64,000 nt of DNA from contig CBDEUS010000002.1 in NCBI GenBank assembly GCA_965243395.1, positions 640,001-704,000 of the forward strand, given 5' to 3'. This DNA is from Gammaproteobacteria bacterium. Lineage in GTDB: Bacteria > Pseudomonadota > Gammaproteobacteria > UBA4575. This document shows positions 48,070 through 58,900 of the stretch, piece by piece; the first letter of the stretch is position 1, and each line of letters opens with the position of its first letter. A model generated the notes under the pieces. The model was not told the origin of the DNA, did no database searches, and worked only from the letters and a program-made list of their open reading frames with translations. The translations under genes were made by a program, and so were the position numbers.

Positions 48070-48690
48070 ATGCGCACTAAACTTACTCAAAAACATCTGT
48101 TCAAAGGTACTCGCGTTTTTGAAATTATAGACGATCAAGTTCATATTAAGTCTCGTAAAGAAGAAACACTTAGTGTCATGCTAGCAGTACTTAATCCGGA
48201 ACCTGTTATAACGCACTCTCACCTTGAATTTGTAAGTCGCGTTAACGGTGAGCCATTATTATCATTGTTTTTGTCAAAACCAAACGTCACTGAATTTAAC
48301 GAATTTGTTGCTACGCTCAAACAGAAAGCGCGGGAAGAATACAATGCGATTTCCGGTATTAGTATTACGGGTAAACCCGCAACACTTAATGGTAATTTAT
48401 ATGAAGAGCCACCTGAGTTTGATGATGTGACTCCTGAAGATGTTGGCAAAGATAAACGTATCAATGTTGAAGGTCTTGAGAACGCAATTCATATGTTGGA
48501 AATGTACGTAGATAACGAAGAAATCAAACCACTGATAGCAGCCTTAGAATCGCTCAAACAAGCACCAAAAGATCACTCAAAATTAGTTAGGGTTGCCACT
48601 GTATTCAACGAGCTGGGATCAAGCCAAGGTGCGGTACTCACCTATGCGCCCTATGTCAGTATTATTCTTTCAGATGATCCTTTTGGGTAA
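48070..48690 (+). CDS. Hypothetical protein (paralogue B with extra C-terminal domain); start refined to ATG 48070
   Basis: MRTKLTQKHLFKGTRVFEI matches paralogue A MSLKITQKHFLYGKREFEL; this start lies 1 nt after the upstream stop. Confidence 0.75.
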   Translation: MRTKLTQKHLFKGTRVFEIIDDQVHIKSRKEETLSVMLAVLNPEPVITHSHLEFVSRVNGEPLLSLFLSKPNVTEFNEFVATLKQKAREEYNAISGISITGKPATLNGNLYEEPPEFDDVTPEDVGKDKRINVEGLENAIHMLEMYVDNEEIKPLIAALESLKQAPKDHSKLVRVATVFNELGSSQGAVLTYAPYVSIILSDDPFG

Positions 48691-48837
48691 AGATAATGAT
48701 AAGCGTAGGTAACCTATTGAGTGGAGTCTACCTATAGATATTTTCTTATTATAGATAAATAGAAATAGTCATCTTGAAGAGCTAGTTTGCTAATATTGTC
48801 TGACTAAACAATTTAAATTTTTAGCGGAAGGGAAGTT

Positions 48838-48999
48838 ATGAGCGAGCAACAAAATACCAGACCCAAGGTCCCCGAGGGTGAAACAGAGTATTACAAAACG
48901 CGTCAATTAGAGGTCAATGACAAGGGTTTCGTGGGATATGAAACTATCTGGAAGGATTTTCAGAAAGAAGCTGAATATACAATACCAAAACGACCTTGA
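48838..48999 (+). CDS. Putative 53-aa small protein (not in ORF track)
   Basis: GGAAGGGA SD; MSEQQNTRPKVPEGETEYYKTRQLEVNDKGFVGYETIWKDFQKEAEYTIPKRP; followed by a terminator. Confidence 0.65.
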   Translation: MSEQQNTRPKVPEGETEYYKTRQLEVNDKGFVGYETIWKDFQKEAEYTIPKRP

Positions 49000-49034
49000 G
49001 TATTTATTATTAAAACAGCTTTGCAAATATGTAT

Positions 49035-49063
49035 AAAAAGGCCCTTATTGAAGGGCCTTTTTT
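49035..49063 (+). terminator. Rho-independent terminator
   Basis: AAAAAGGCCCTT-ATTG-AAGGGCCTTTTTT. Confidence 0.85.
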
Positions 49064-49160
49064 GTTTTTCCGTTGCCGTTTATAGCAACTAGTAATTTAG
49101 ATGACTTGGTCTGTTATGTAATTAACGTTATAGTCAATCTTAATGAAGTAACGTAATCCT

Positions 49161-51005
49161 TTGAGATTTATGCAACAAGCATTGGCCAAACAAGACGAAC
49201 ATCCATTAGCGGGTACTAAAATGACCGGCTCGGACATTATTGTGCAAGTGTTGGCACAAGAAGGTACCGATGTGATTTTTGGGTATAGCGGTGGCGCGAT
49301 ACTGCCTACCTATGACGCCGTGTTCCGATTCAATGCGGAAACCAATGAATCAATGCCACTCATTGTTCCTGCCAATGAGCAAGGTGCCGGATTTATGGCA
49401 TCTGGTTATGCGCGGGCAAGTGGTAAGGTTGGTGTGGTAATGGTGACTTCAGGTCCGGGGGCAACCAATACTGTTACTCCGGTACGTGATTGCATGGCGG
49501 ACTCTATTCCGATAGTAGTGATTAGTGGTCAGGTGCCTACACCTGCAATTGGCAGTGATGGTTTCCAAGAAGCGCCGATTGCCAACATTATGGGCGCAGT
49601 CGCCAAGCATATATTTTTGGTTACTGATCCCGAAAAACTTGAATCTACGATACGTACTGCATTTGAAATCGCGCGTACCGGTAGACCAGGGCCAGTAGTG
49701 ATCGATATTCCCAAAGATGTTCAAAATTGGGAAGGCGTTTTTCAGGGCAAAGGTCAATTACCGATACGTGGTTATCGAGAGCGTATTGAAGAAGTCGCTG
49801 AAAATATTTTAACAGACGAAGACTGCAAGTCTTTTTTTGCAGATTTCGAAAAAGCAAAGCAACCGCTTATCTATGCAGGTGGTGGTGTTATCAATGGTGA
49901 TGCATCAGCTGAACTTCGTGCTTTTGCAGATCATTTTAAAATTCCGGTTGTCACGACATTGATGGGAATTGGTGCGTACGACACAACTGAAGACCGTTCT
50001 TTACATATGCTTGGTATGCATGGCACTGCATTTGCTAATTATGCAGTGGATGATTGTGATTTCTTAATTGCCATTGGCGCACGCTTTGATGATCGTGTTG
50101 CGGCTGTACCCGATAAGTTTGCACCTAAGGCAAAATTTATTGCGCACTTTGATATTGATCCGTCTGAAATTCACAAAGTTAAACCTGTGGACTGGCATCA
50201 TGTAGGCTTGTTACCTCAAGCAATGAGTAAATTGCTTGACTATGGCTTAAATAATATTACTGCAAAAGATTATAAAGACTGGCATCAACATATCGGTACA
50301 TTAAAAAGCACCTATGCGATGAACTATGACAAGCAATCTGATCATATACAGCCCTATGCAGTAATTGAAGAATTAAATAAATATGCAAAAGGTGAGGCCG
50401 TTATTAGTACTGGTGTAGGGCAGCATCAAATGTGGGCTGCACAGTATTTTGATTTTAAATCTCCTCGTCTTTGGTTGACCTCTGGAAGTATGGGCACCAT
50501 GGGTTTTGGTTTGCCAGCTGCAATAGGCGCACAATTTGCCAGACCTGATTTGATCGTTATCGATATAGATGGTGATGCCAGTATGCGCATGAATCTGGGT
50601 GAGCTGGAAACTGTCACAACTTATAAGTTACCGATAAAAATTGTTGTGCTGAATAACCTAGGCGACGGCATGGTAAAGCAATGGCAGAAGTTATTTTTTA
50701 AAGGGCGATTGTCAGCAAGTGATAAGTCTTTACATAAAAAAGATTTTATCAAAGCGGCAGAAGCGGATGGTTATGAATATGCAGTGCGTTTAGAAAATAA
50801 AGCTGAGTTGCCAAAAGTAATTAAAGAGTTTATGGAATTTGATGGACCCGCATTTATTGAGGTGATGATTGATCCGGATGCGGGTGTATATCCTATGGTG
50901 GGACCGGGTATGAGTTATAGTCAAATGATTACTGGCGATCATATTCCTACACGAAATGCGGAAGTAGATACGAAAACGGAAGTAGATTCCTCTGAAATGT
51001 TTTGA
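49161..51005 (+). CDS. ilvB: Acetolactate synthase large subunit (ThDP enzyme); start probably ATG 49170
   Basis: FGYSGGAILP, NEQGAGF, TSGPGATN, GARFDDRV, GQHQMW, GTMGFGLP, GDAS..MN..E..NN. Confidence 0.88.
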   Translation: MRFMQQALAKQDEHPLAGTKMTGSDIIVQVLAQEGTDVIFGYSGGAILPTYDAVFRFNAETNESMPLIVPANEQGAGFMASGYARASGKVGVVMVTSGPGATNTVTPVRDCMADSIPIVVISGQVPTPAIGSDGFQEAPIANIMGAVAKHIFLVTDPEKLESTIRTAFEIARTGRPGPVVIDIPKDVQNWEGVFQGKGQLPIRGYRERIEEVAENILTDEDCKSFFADFEKAKQPLIYAGGGVINGDASAELRAFADHFKIPVVTTLMGIGAYDTTEDRSLHMLGMHGTAFANYAVDDCDFLIAIGARFDDRVAAVPDKFAPKAKFIAHFDIDPSEIHKVKPVDWHHVGLLPQAMSKLLDYGLNNITAKDYKDWHQHIGTLKSTYAMNYDKQSDHIQPYAVIEELNKYAKGEAVISTGVGQHQMWAAQYFDFKSPRLWLTSGSMGTMGFGLPAAIGAQFARPDLIVIDIDGDASMRMNLGELETVTTYKLPIKIVVLNNLGDGMVKQWQKLFFKGRLSASDKSLHKKDFIKAAEADGYEYAVRLENKAELPKVIKEFMEFDGPAFIEVMIDPDAGVYPMVGPGMSYSQMITGDHIPTRNAEVDTKTEVDSSEMF

Positions 51006-51187
51006 AAAATTTAGTATTGCTGTTGTTTATCCAGAAGGTAATTTATCCAACAGCGATAGTAATAAAGTTGATACCACAAATTTTAAATGAATAAGACTAT
51101 ACCATTTAAGATTTTCTGCATTTATAGCTGCTTCTTTAATTTGAATTCCTCGAAGTAATCTATATTTGATATGCTCAATTTTCAATA

Positions 51188-51688
51188 GTGAGGGAAGTGA
51201 TGAATAATTTTAATAGTAAGACGATTAAGTACTTCATTATAAGTTTATTTACGATTTTGTTATTAGCCGCATGTTTAAATGATCAAAACAAGTCTACTGA
51301 ATTGAGTGCAGAAGAGATTCAAGAGAGACAACTTAAAGCATATGAAGATGCTGCAGCGGATCCCCGTCAGTTTAAAGCGGACTTGAAGGAAAATTGTCCG
51401 CACTTTGGCAATGCGCTATTAACTACTGCTGAAACCATTCAACTGGGTACACGTGTATTTAATGCAGGTGGTGTGAGCCTTACGAAACGAATTTATGAAG
51501 GTACAGTCTATAAGATATTGTTTACTATAAAAGATGATTGTATGAAATTAAGTGATGCGTTGCAGGCAGGGTTGGCTAAAGCCGCTGAAACCGAAGATCA
51601 CCATGATCAAGCTTGGGCTTTGCGTAATACCTTAGATTTAATTATGGGCGGCCCCCCTCTTAAACCCCCTGGCGCACAAATGAGATAA
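51188..51688 (+). CDS. Hypothetical lipoprotein
   Basis: LLAAC lipobox. Confidence 0.7.
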   Translation: MREVMNNFNSKTIKYFIISLFTILLLAACLNDQNKSTELSAEEIQERQLKAYEDAAADPRQFKADLKENCPHFGNALLTTAETIQLGTRVFNAGGVSLTKRIYEGTVYKILFTIKDDCMKLSDALQAGLAKAAETEDHHDQAWALRNTLDLIMGGPPLKPPGAQMR

Positions 51689-51698
51689 TCGTTATAAG

Positions 51699-52088
51699 TT
51701 GATGTTTAGGTTAGCAGTAATTACTTTGTCTTTATTGTTAGTAGTTCCGCTCTACGCGGGTGAGACTATTGCAAATAATAAAGATAGTTTTGCTAAAGAA
51801 TATGCAACGCTTAAGACCTTGCTGCAAAAAGTTAAGAGCAGAGATTCTGCTGAATTATATAAGCCACAAATAGAGCAAGAATTGGCGCGGCTAAAATCAT
51901 CACAGCTGATTGCGGGTAAAGAGTATGATCAGCTTAATCAAGAAGAAAAAAAACTTTTTATAAAGAAATTTCAAAATAATCAATTTCATTGTGGGGAGGT
52001 TACACAAGTGATGGAAGAGCGAAGAAGGATATTATTAAACCCTGATCTTTACGAAATACTCGGACAATTAGTGCAAAACCTTCCTTAA
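51699..52088 (+). CDS. Hypothetical secreted protein
   Basis: Signal peptide ending LYA; helical composition. Confidence 0.7.
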   Translation: MMFRLAVITLSLLLVVPLYAGETIANNKDSFAKEYATLKTLLQKVKSRDSAELYKPQIEQELARLKSSQLIAGKEYDQLNQEEKKLFIKKFQNNQFHCGEVTQVMEERRRILLNPDLYEILGQLVQNLP

Positions 52089-52110
52089 ATAAATTATATA
52101 TAGTATAGCT

Positions 52111-52740
52111 ATGTTCTATGCACGCAGAGACGCACAAAAATGTCTCGACATACGTGTGTGCCTATCACTACTTTTCCTTGTTTTTTTATTTGTTTTAACT
52201 GGCTGTGCTGCAGTTTTACTAAGTGGGCATTTAAGTTTTAATCATTATGAGCCCAAGTCCGGAACCTTCAAGTGCAAGTTGCCCGGAGGTGCGCTGAGTT
52301 CTAAATTAGAAATTAGTGATCGAAGTAATGATATAGGCGATACAGTAACGTTTAGTTTAAATTTGGGTTTGTTATGGCGTTTGGATCACTTGCTGATCGG
52401 TAAACATAAACTTGCAATGTTAGATAAGTCTGCCAATTCTCCAGAAGCAAGAAGATTGCAACTAGATCGAGCAAAAGAGGATTATTTTAATTTATATTTA
52501 GCTCAAAATACCGATTATGTAGAAGTTAAGTGGGAACAGTTTGATTATGTTGACGATGTAGAAGTGCTATTGGCAAATACATATATAAAATGGGATGAAG
52601 AGGAAGAGGTACGTGAATTATTGTTTTCAATCGATGGTGATTATTTAAATATTATTCACTTTGCGCAGAATTTATCTAGTAATTTACAAACAATCACTTC
52701 TGGAGCAAAAGGTTTTTATAAGAGCTGCGAATTTTTCTAA
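52111..52740 (+). CDS. Hypothetical lipoprotein
   Basis: LTGC lipobox. Confidence 0.7.
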   Translation: MFYARRDAQKCLDIRVCLSLLFLVFLFVLTGCAAVLLSGHLSFNHYEPKSGTFKCKLPGGALSSKLEISDRSNDIGDTVTFSLNLGLLWRLDHLLIGKHKLAMLDKSANSPEARRLQLDRAKEDYFNLYLAQNTDYVEVKWEQFDYVDDVEVLLANTYIKWDEEEEVRELLFSIDGDYLNIIHFAQNLSSNLQTITSGAKGFYKSCEFF

Positions 52741-52758
52741 TTATGTAAATCAGTAGTT

Positions 52759-54303
52759 TTAATTTGCACTGACAGTACGAGTGCTGGCCCAACTTCTTAA
52801 TTGTTCAACTTTTTCTGCCATAACTACTGATAAAGGCTTGGTATTTAACAATTCTTCAAGCAGTTGTATTTGTTTGAGATGAGAATTTTCGGCATGTGCT
52901 GCGTATAGAGCAGAAACGACTGCTTGTTCGATTTCTGCACCTGAAAACCCTTCGCTAATCTGTGACAGTCTATCTAAATCAAAATTATCGGTTACCACAT
53001 CACGCTTGTTTAAATGAATACGAAAAATTTCTTCTCTGGTCTCGCGATCAGGCAAATCAACAAAGAAAATTTCGTCTAGACGGCCTTTGCGAATTAACTC
53101 GGGTGGGAGGGCTTCTATATTATTAGCAGTAATGGCTAAAAACACAGGGTGTTTGCGTTCGGCCATCCAAGTAAGAATAGTGCCTAGAACTCTATCGCTG
53201 GTACCTGTTGTATCGTCTCCGCTACTGATACCTTTTTCTATTTCGTCAATCCATAACACACAAGGCGACATGGTTTCAGCAGTTTTAATGGCATCGCGAA
53301 GATTTTTTTCCGTTTCACCAATAAATTTATTAAACAAGCTACCCATATCTAAACGTAATAAAGGTAAGCCCCATACTCCTGCAATCGCTTTGGCAGTTAA
53401 ACTTTTACCACTGCCTTGAACGCCAATAAGCAGCACACCTTTTGGTCTATCGAGTCCTTTCGGCGGTGATTCTGCAATAAATATTTCTTTACGTTGGCTC
53501 AGCCATTTTTTTAATTTGTTCATTCCGGCCACATCGGAAAATTTTGCGGTATCGTATTCAAATGACAGCCCATTATCACGGCTTAATAAACGATATTTTG
53601 CCGCCATAATTTCAGGTAAATCAGTTGTCGTTAAAGTGCCATCTTCTGCTATTGCTTGACGCGCTAAACGTCGCACATCTTGTTCCGGTAATCCGGTTAA
53701 ATTGCGCGCGAGCAAATCTACAACTTCATCATCTTGAATAACATTTTTATTATTGCTCTTACCTTGCCAACGAATCGCTTCCTGGATAACGATATTTCTC
53801 AATTCTTTTGTTGCCGGCAAACGCAACTCAAAATGTGCAACAAACTTTTCAAGTTCTGCAGGTATTTTTAGGTTGTGGCTTACAAAAACTAATGTATTGG
53901 GTTTTTCTTCATACTGCAGGGCAATTTCTTTAATAGTGCGCACATTAAATGGATCTTCCATGTAAGGATGAAAATCCATAAATAGATAAATGCCTGACTT
54001 TGAACCTCCTCGTATATGTTTAAGCGCTTCTAGTGGTTCCTTGTTAAATGCCTGCGGTTGCATGTTCTCAACATCGATTCTTTGCAGTCCCTCTGTGATA
54101 GCCCACTTATACAACTGACTGGGTAGCTCGTTGACTAACTGCATAAATAATTTCAGCACACGTGCTTCTTCGTGTGTCTCGATAACAATAATCGGTGTTT
54201 TGGATTTGATTAAGACCTTGAGGTCATTTAACTCATACATATTAAGAGTTTTTGTTTGGACTTGGTTTATATGGAACTGTTTGTATTCAGTACGTTTTAT
54301 CAC
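52759..54303 (-). CDS. Ycf46-like AAA ATPase; start probably ATG 54240
   Basis: IETHEE.R, GVQGSGKS, LWIDEIEK, LPPELIRKGRLDEIFFVDLP, GFSGAEIEQ, LRSWA..R. Confidence 0.88.
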   Translation of the reverse strand: MIKRTEYKQFHINQVQTKTLNMYELNDLKVLIKSKTPIIVIETHEEARVLKLFMQLVNELPSQLYKWAITEGLQRIDVENMQPQAFNKEPLEALKHIRGGSKSGIYLFMDFHPYMEDPFNVRTIKEIALQYEEKPNTLVFVSHNLKIPAELEKFVAHFELRLPATKELRNIVIQEAIRWQGKSNNKNVIQDDEVVDLLARNLTGLPEQDVRRLARQAIAEDGTLTTTDLPEIMAAKYRLLSRDNGLSFEYDTAKFSDVAGMNKLKKWLSQRKEIFIAESPPKGLDRPKGVLLIGVQGSGKSLTAKAIAGVWGLPLLRLDMGSLFNKFIGETEKNLRDAIKTAETMSPCVLWIDEIEKGISSGDDTTGTSDRVLGTILTWMAERKHPVFLAITANNIEALPPELIRKGRLDEIFFVDLPDRETREEIFRIHLNKRDVVTDNFDLDRLSQISEGFSGAEIEQAVVSALYAAHAENSHLKQIQLLEELLNTKPLSVVMAEKVEQLRSWASTRTVSAN

Positions 54304-54487
54304 CTAACTCATTAAATATGCAAGAAATCGCATACTCAAGTGTGCGATACGATGGATTACCCGCGTCAATCACTCCATTCAAGCATTCTCTAATGCTACT
54401 TTCTCAGCGAGTATTCAAAAGGCATATGACAGAATCAAAAGAAAATGTTGGAGGAATAAAACAAGCGACGGTAATATCAAAACCACT

Positions 54488-54871
54488 ATGGCTTCTGATT
54501 GTATTTTTTGTCGCAGAGTGGATCTAATTCATCAAGGCGAGTTAACATTTATTAGTGAAGATAAATATCCAGCATCACCTGGACATTTGCTCATCGTTCC
54601 AAACCGACATGTGCCGAATTATTTTGATTGCACTAAAGAAGAGATTGCAGAGCTTTGGCAAGCTGTTCATTTTGCAAAAGAGTTGGTTGAGAAAAAGCAT
54701 AAACCAGATTCCTATAATATTGGAATCAATGTAAGTGAAGCGGCCGGTCAATCTGTGCCACATACACATATACATCTAATTCCCAGATATAAGGGTGATG
54801 TGCCTGACCCTAGAGGTGGGGTGAGAAGTGTGATTCCAAAAAATCGAACTTATACGAGAACAAAGCAATAA
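54488..54871 (+). CDS. HIT family nucleotide hydrolase
   Basis: CIFC, PASPGHLLIVP, GQSVPHTHIHLIPR. Confidence 0.93.
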   Translation: MASDCIFCRRVDLIHQGELTFISEDKYPASPGHLLIVPNRHVPNYFDCTKEEIAELWQAVHFAKELVEKKHKPDSYNIGINVSEAAGQSVPHTHIHLIPRYKGDVPDPRGGVRSVIPKNRTYTRTKQ

Positions 54872-54905
54872 ATTTTGTAATGCTGAATTCATGAAATAGT
54901 TATCC

Positions 54906-55979
54906 ATGACAAATGAATTAAGAGAAATTCGTATAAACCCCATCGTGCCTACAGAATCTGTTCTGGTCTCTACAGCACGAGGCCTTAGACCACGCAAAGA
55001 CGAAAAGCCGCTAGAAATGGGTACGGACTCCAGAATAGCAGAATGCCCATTTTGTAAAGGTAATGAGGATAAAACTCCTCCTACATTAGTTAGTTGGCCA
55101 AATGAAGAAAATTGGTCGATTCGTATTGTAGAAAATTTATTTCCAGTATTAAGTAATCAACAGCAAACACAAAATCTAAGTTTTGGTTTACAACATGTGA
55201 TTGATGGATATGGACGACATGAAGTGGTTATCGATCATGATAATCACTCAATACATATTGATCATATGTCGCAAGAACATATACAGGCATTATTTAGAAT
55301 TTACCGAGATCGAATGCAGTTTCTCTATAGCACTGATGAACGGATTAAATATGTTTTAGTGTTCAAGAATTTTGGTCCCGCGGCAGGCGCTAGTATTGCA
55401 CATACACATAGCCAGATAGTTGCAATGCCTGTCGTTCCTGAAAACGTTGCTAACGAGCTATATCATTCTCATATTCATTTTCAAAAATTTAATCAAAATA
55501 TATTTTCCCACCTGGTAGATGAGGTATTAACCTTTGAAGCAACGATTTATGATCGAGAATCCGGTGAGGTGAGAAGAAAAATTAATGTAGGTCAGTACGT
55601 AATAGAAAAAACTAAACGATTCATTGCGATTAAACCGTTTGCAAGTCGCTTTGAGTGGGAAGTACAAATTTTCCCATTATTTCCGCAAGCAGATTATCTA
55701 GAATGCAGTGACGAAGACTTAGAAGATTTTGCCTTTCTTGTTAAGCGTACAATGAGACGACTAAATAAGGTCATTGGAGGCGCACAATATAATTATTTTC
55801 TTCATTCCATTCCACATGGAGATGAATTCAACAAACATCAAGATAGCTATCTATGGCATTTAGAGATATGCCCTAGAACAAGTATTCCAACTGGATTTGA
55901 ATTAGGTTCAGGTTTGTTTGTAAGTACAGTAAGCCCGGAAGATGCCGCAAAACTCTTACGAGAAGTTGAAATTAATTAA
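54906..55979 (+). CDS. GalT-family nucleotidyltransferase, probably APS:phosphate adenylyltransferase (APAT, ADP sulfurylase)
   Basis: CPFC.GNE, N.FP, G.HEV, FKN.G..AGAS..HTHSQ (HxHxQ), GFELGSG. The family is firm; the APAT assignment is inferred from the apr context. Confidence 0.75.
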   Translation: MTNELREIRINPIVPTESVLVSTARGLRPRKDEKPLEMGTDSRIAECPFCKGNEDKTPPTLVSWPNEENWSIRIVENLFPVLSNQQQTQNLSFGLQHVIDGYGRHEVVIDHDNHSIHIDHMSQEHIQALFRIYRDRMQFLYSTDERIKYVLVFKNFGPAAGASIAHTHSQIVAMPVVPENVANELYHSHIHFQKFNQNIFSHLVDEVLTFEATIYDRESGEVRRKINVGQYVIEKTKRFIAIKPFASRFEWEVQIFPLFPQADYLECSDEDLEDFAFLVKRTMRRLNKVIGGAQYNYFLHSIPHGDEFNKHQDSYLWHLEICPRTSIPTGFELGSGLFVSTVSPEDAAKLLREVEIN

Positions 55980-58900
55980 TGTTCATATGACTTATAGCTC
56001 ACTCTAAAAAATAAACTATATAAGACAGGTACGAGTAACAAGGTTAAAAAGGTTGCAAATAATAATCCGAATATAATGGTGATAGCCATTGGCCGAAACA
56101 TCGCTGTACCGCCCCACCATAAAGGCATCATTCCTAATACTGTGGTCGCCGTGGTTAATAAGATCGGTCGAACACGTTGTTGACAAGCATCGATAATTGC
56201 GTGCCTAACCTCTTTTCCTAATTCTTCAATTTCAATTTTGATGCGGTCAATGAGAACGATGGCATTGTTAATAATAATGCCAGATAATGAAATCAATCCC
56301 AGTAAAGTAAAAAATCCCAACGAAGAGCTCGCTATCAATAACCCTACCGTAACACCGATGATGCCTAGAGGTATGGTTGCAAGAATAATTAATGGTCGCC
56401 TAACCGAGTTAAATTGCGCTACTAACAATAGTAATATGGCCATTCCTGCAATCGGAAGTTTAACCGCGATAGAAGCGTTGCCCTTCTCGGCTTCTTCGGA
56501 TTCCCCGCCTTCTGTGTAGTAATAGTCTCTTGGCCAGGTCTTTTGAGTTTCTTGTAACCAAGGTGACAGTGTTTTATTTACATCATTGGCCGTTGCATCT
56601 GTGCGTATCTTAGCTTTTAAAGTAATGGTCCGATCTCGATCACGGCGTTCAATCATACCCGGCTCAAACACTAAGCGAACATCTGCAACTTGTTTAAGAG
56701 GTACAGAGTTGCCTGTACTTTCTGAATACACACTAGTGCCATCTAATTTGCCAATATCTTGTCGGTCTGCAGCAATGGAACGTAAAGTGATAGGAATTAA
56801 TTTGTCTTCTTCGCGGAACTCGGTCATATCAATTCCGGTTAAACTTGCATTGAGAGAATAGGCGACATCATCGCTGGTCACCCCTGCGCGGCGTGCACGC
56901 TCTTGATCTACTTCAACGAGTAATTTTTTTGTTTGTTTGCCCCAGGTATTTTTTACATGAGTAACATCTTTATTTTCGTACAAATATGTTGTTACTTGAT
57001 CCGCTATTTTATAAAGCTGCTTTATTTCTGGCCCCGAAATGCGAATTTGTATTGGATAGCCAACAGGCGGACCGTTTTCCAACCGGCTCAATCTTAAATT
57101 TAGATCAGGATGGTTTTTCGCAGCGTATTTTTCAATACCTTGAATAATGACTTCTACATCTTTTCCATTTACTGTATTAGCAATAATAAAAGAGTTTGCA
57201 GGATTTTGATTGGGCGGGTTAAGTCCTAAATCTAAACGAGGCCCACCTTCGCCAACAAAGGTTAACCAGTTTTTTATTTTTGCTTCCCCATTACTGGGTT
57301 TATAAAATTCTTTGTAAATAAATTGATCAATATCTTCAATTACTGCTTGATTAGCTTCAATGGAAGTTCCCAATGGCATTTCTATTGCACCATTGAAGAC
57401 TGGATCTTCTGAAGGCTCAATAAAGGCTACCCGAACATAAGCCAAACCTTTAATAGCCGAAAAGAACAGTATTGCAACTAAAACTCCAAATAAAATTTTA
57501 TGTTTCAACACAAGAAGTAAAATATTTCTATATAGAGTGTAAAAATTACTATTAAACGCATGCAGATTCTCGGTACTCGAATTTTGTTTTCTACTTTTTA
57601 GGGATGTGGCTGACAACATGGGGATAAATGTCATTGCTACAAACCAGGAAACTAAAAGAGTAATGGTGACAACATAAAAAATATCTGAGGTATATTCACC
57701 TACCGCAGACTCTGCCAGCGCAATAGGCATAAATGCCGCACTAGTCGTTAAGGAAGAAGTCAATAAAGGCAAAAACAATTCTCGACCTGAGTCTATGGCA
57801 GCATTAATAGCGGTTAGGCCCGAGTCATACTTTACCAATATGGATTCCACCATAACGATAGCGTTGTCCACGAGCAATCCTAAGGAAATTATTAATGCGG
57901 CAAGTGAAATTTGGTTAATGGTAATCCCGAACACCTGCATGACGAATATCGCAATTATCATTGCGGTTGGAATCAGGCTGGCTACTACAACTCCAGTTTT
58001 AAGCCCCAGCATTATTACGATAACCACACATACAATGGCAATGGCTTGCAATAAGCTTTTTACAAACTCATCAACATTGGTTTTAACTAAATTAGCTTGG
58101 AACCAAATTTTTTCTAATTCGATTCCCCAGGGATATAGTGTTCGAATTTCGGGTATGACACGATCCAACTGTTCACCCAGCTTTAAAATATCACCGCCTT
58201 CACGCATCGAAATACCGATGGCAATAGTTGATTGCCCATTCGCGCGCGCCACACTTTCAGGCGGGTCCTCATAGTCTCGATATATGTTTGCTATATCACC
58301 CAAGTAGACCACACTGCCGTTAGGTGTGGGCACTACGGTTTTACGCAAGTCTTCAAGTGTTTCGAAGTTGCCTGTTGGTTCAAGTACTATTCTCTCTCTG
58401 CCAGTTAGAATGTCGCCACCAGATGAAAGAATATTTACCGTACCTAGTAAGGCTGAAAGCTGTTTAGGAGAAATGCCCAGCTCTGTTAATCTGGCATTGT
58501 CATACTCAACAAATATAGATTCTTTTTGAACACCATAAAGATTTACTTTTGCAACATCCGGGAGTTTCAAAATACGATCTCGAATATCATCTGCAACATC
58601 TTTTAATTCGGCGTAGCTATACCCATCGCCAGTAAGTGTATAGACACTTCCGAACACATCACCATATTCGTCATTTACAAAAGGATCACTTGCTCCTTCT
58701 GGAAGTTCTGCTTCAACATCATCCACTTTGCGACGTAAATCATCAAAGATAGGGCGCATTTCGGTGTATGACTCTAAGAAATTAACAGTGATAATGGAGA
58801 TACCATTACGCGATTCACTTTTAATGTAATCGACTTCAGGCATTTCCTGTATTTTCTTTTCAAGCTTATCTGTGACCAATAGTTCCATTCGTTCTGGACT

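Noticed and set aside
48838-49063. ilv attenuator
   Set aside because: The upstream ORF is 53 aa without Ile/Leu/Val runs, and I found no antiterminator.
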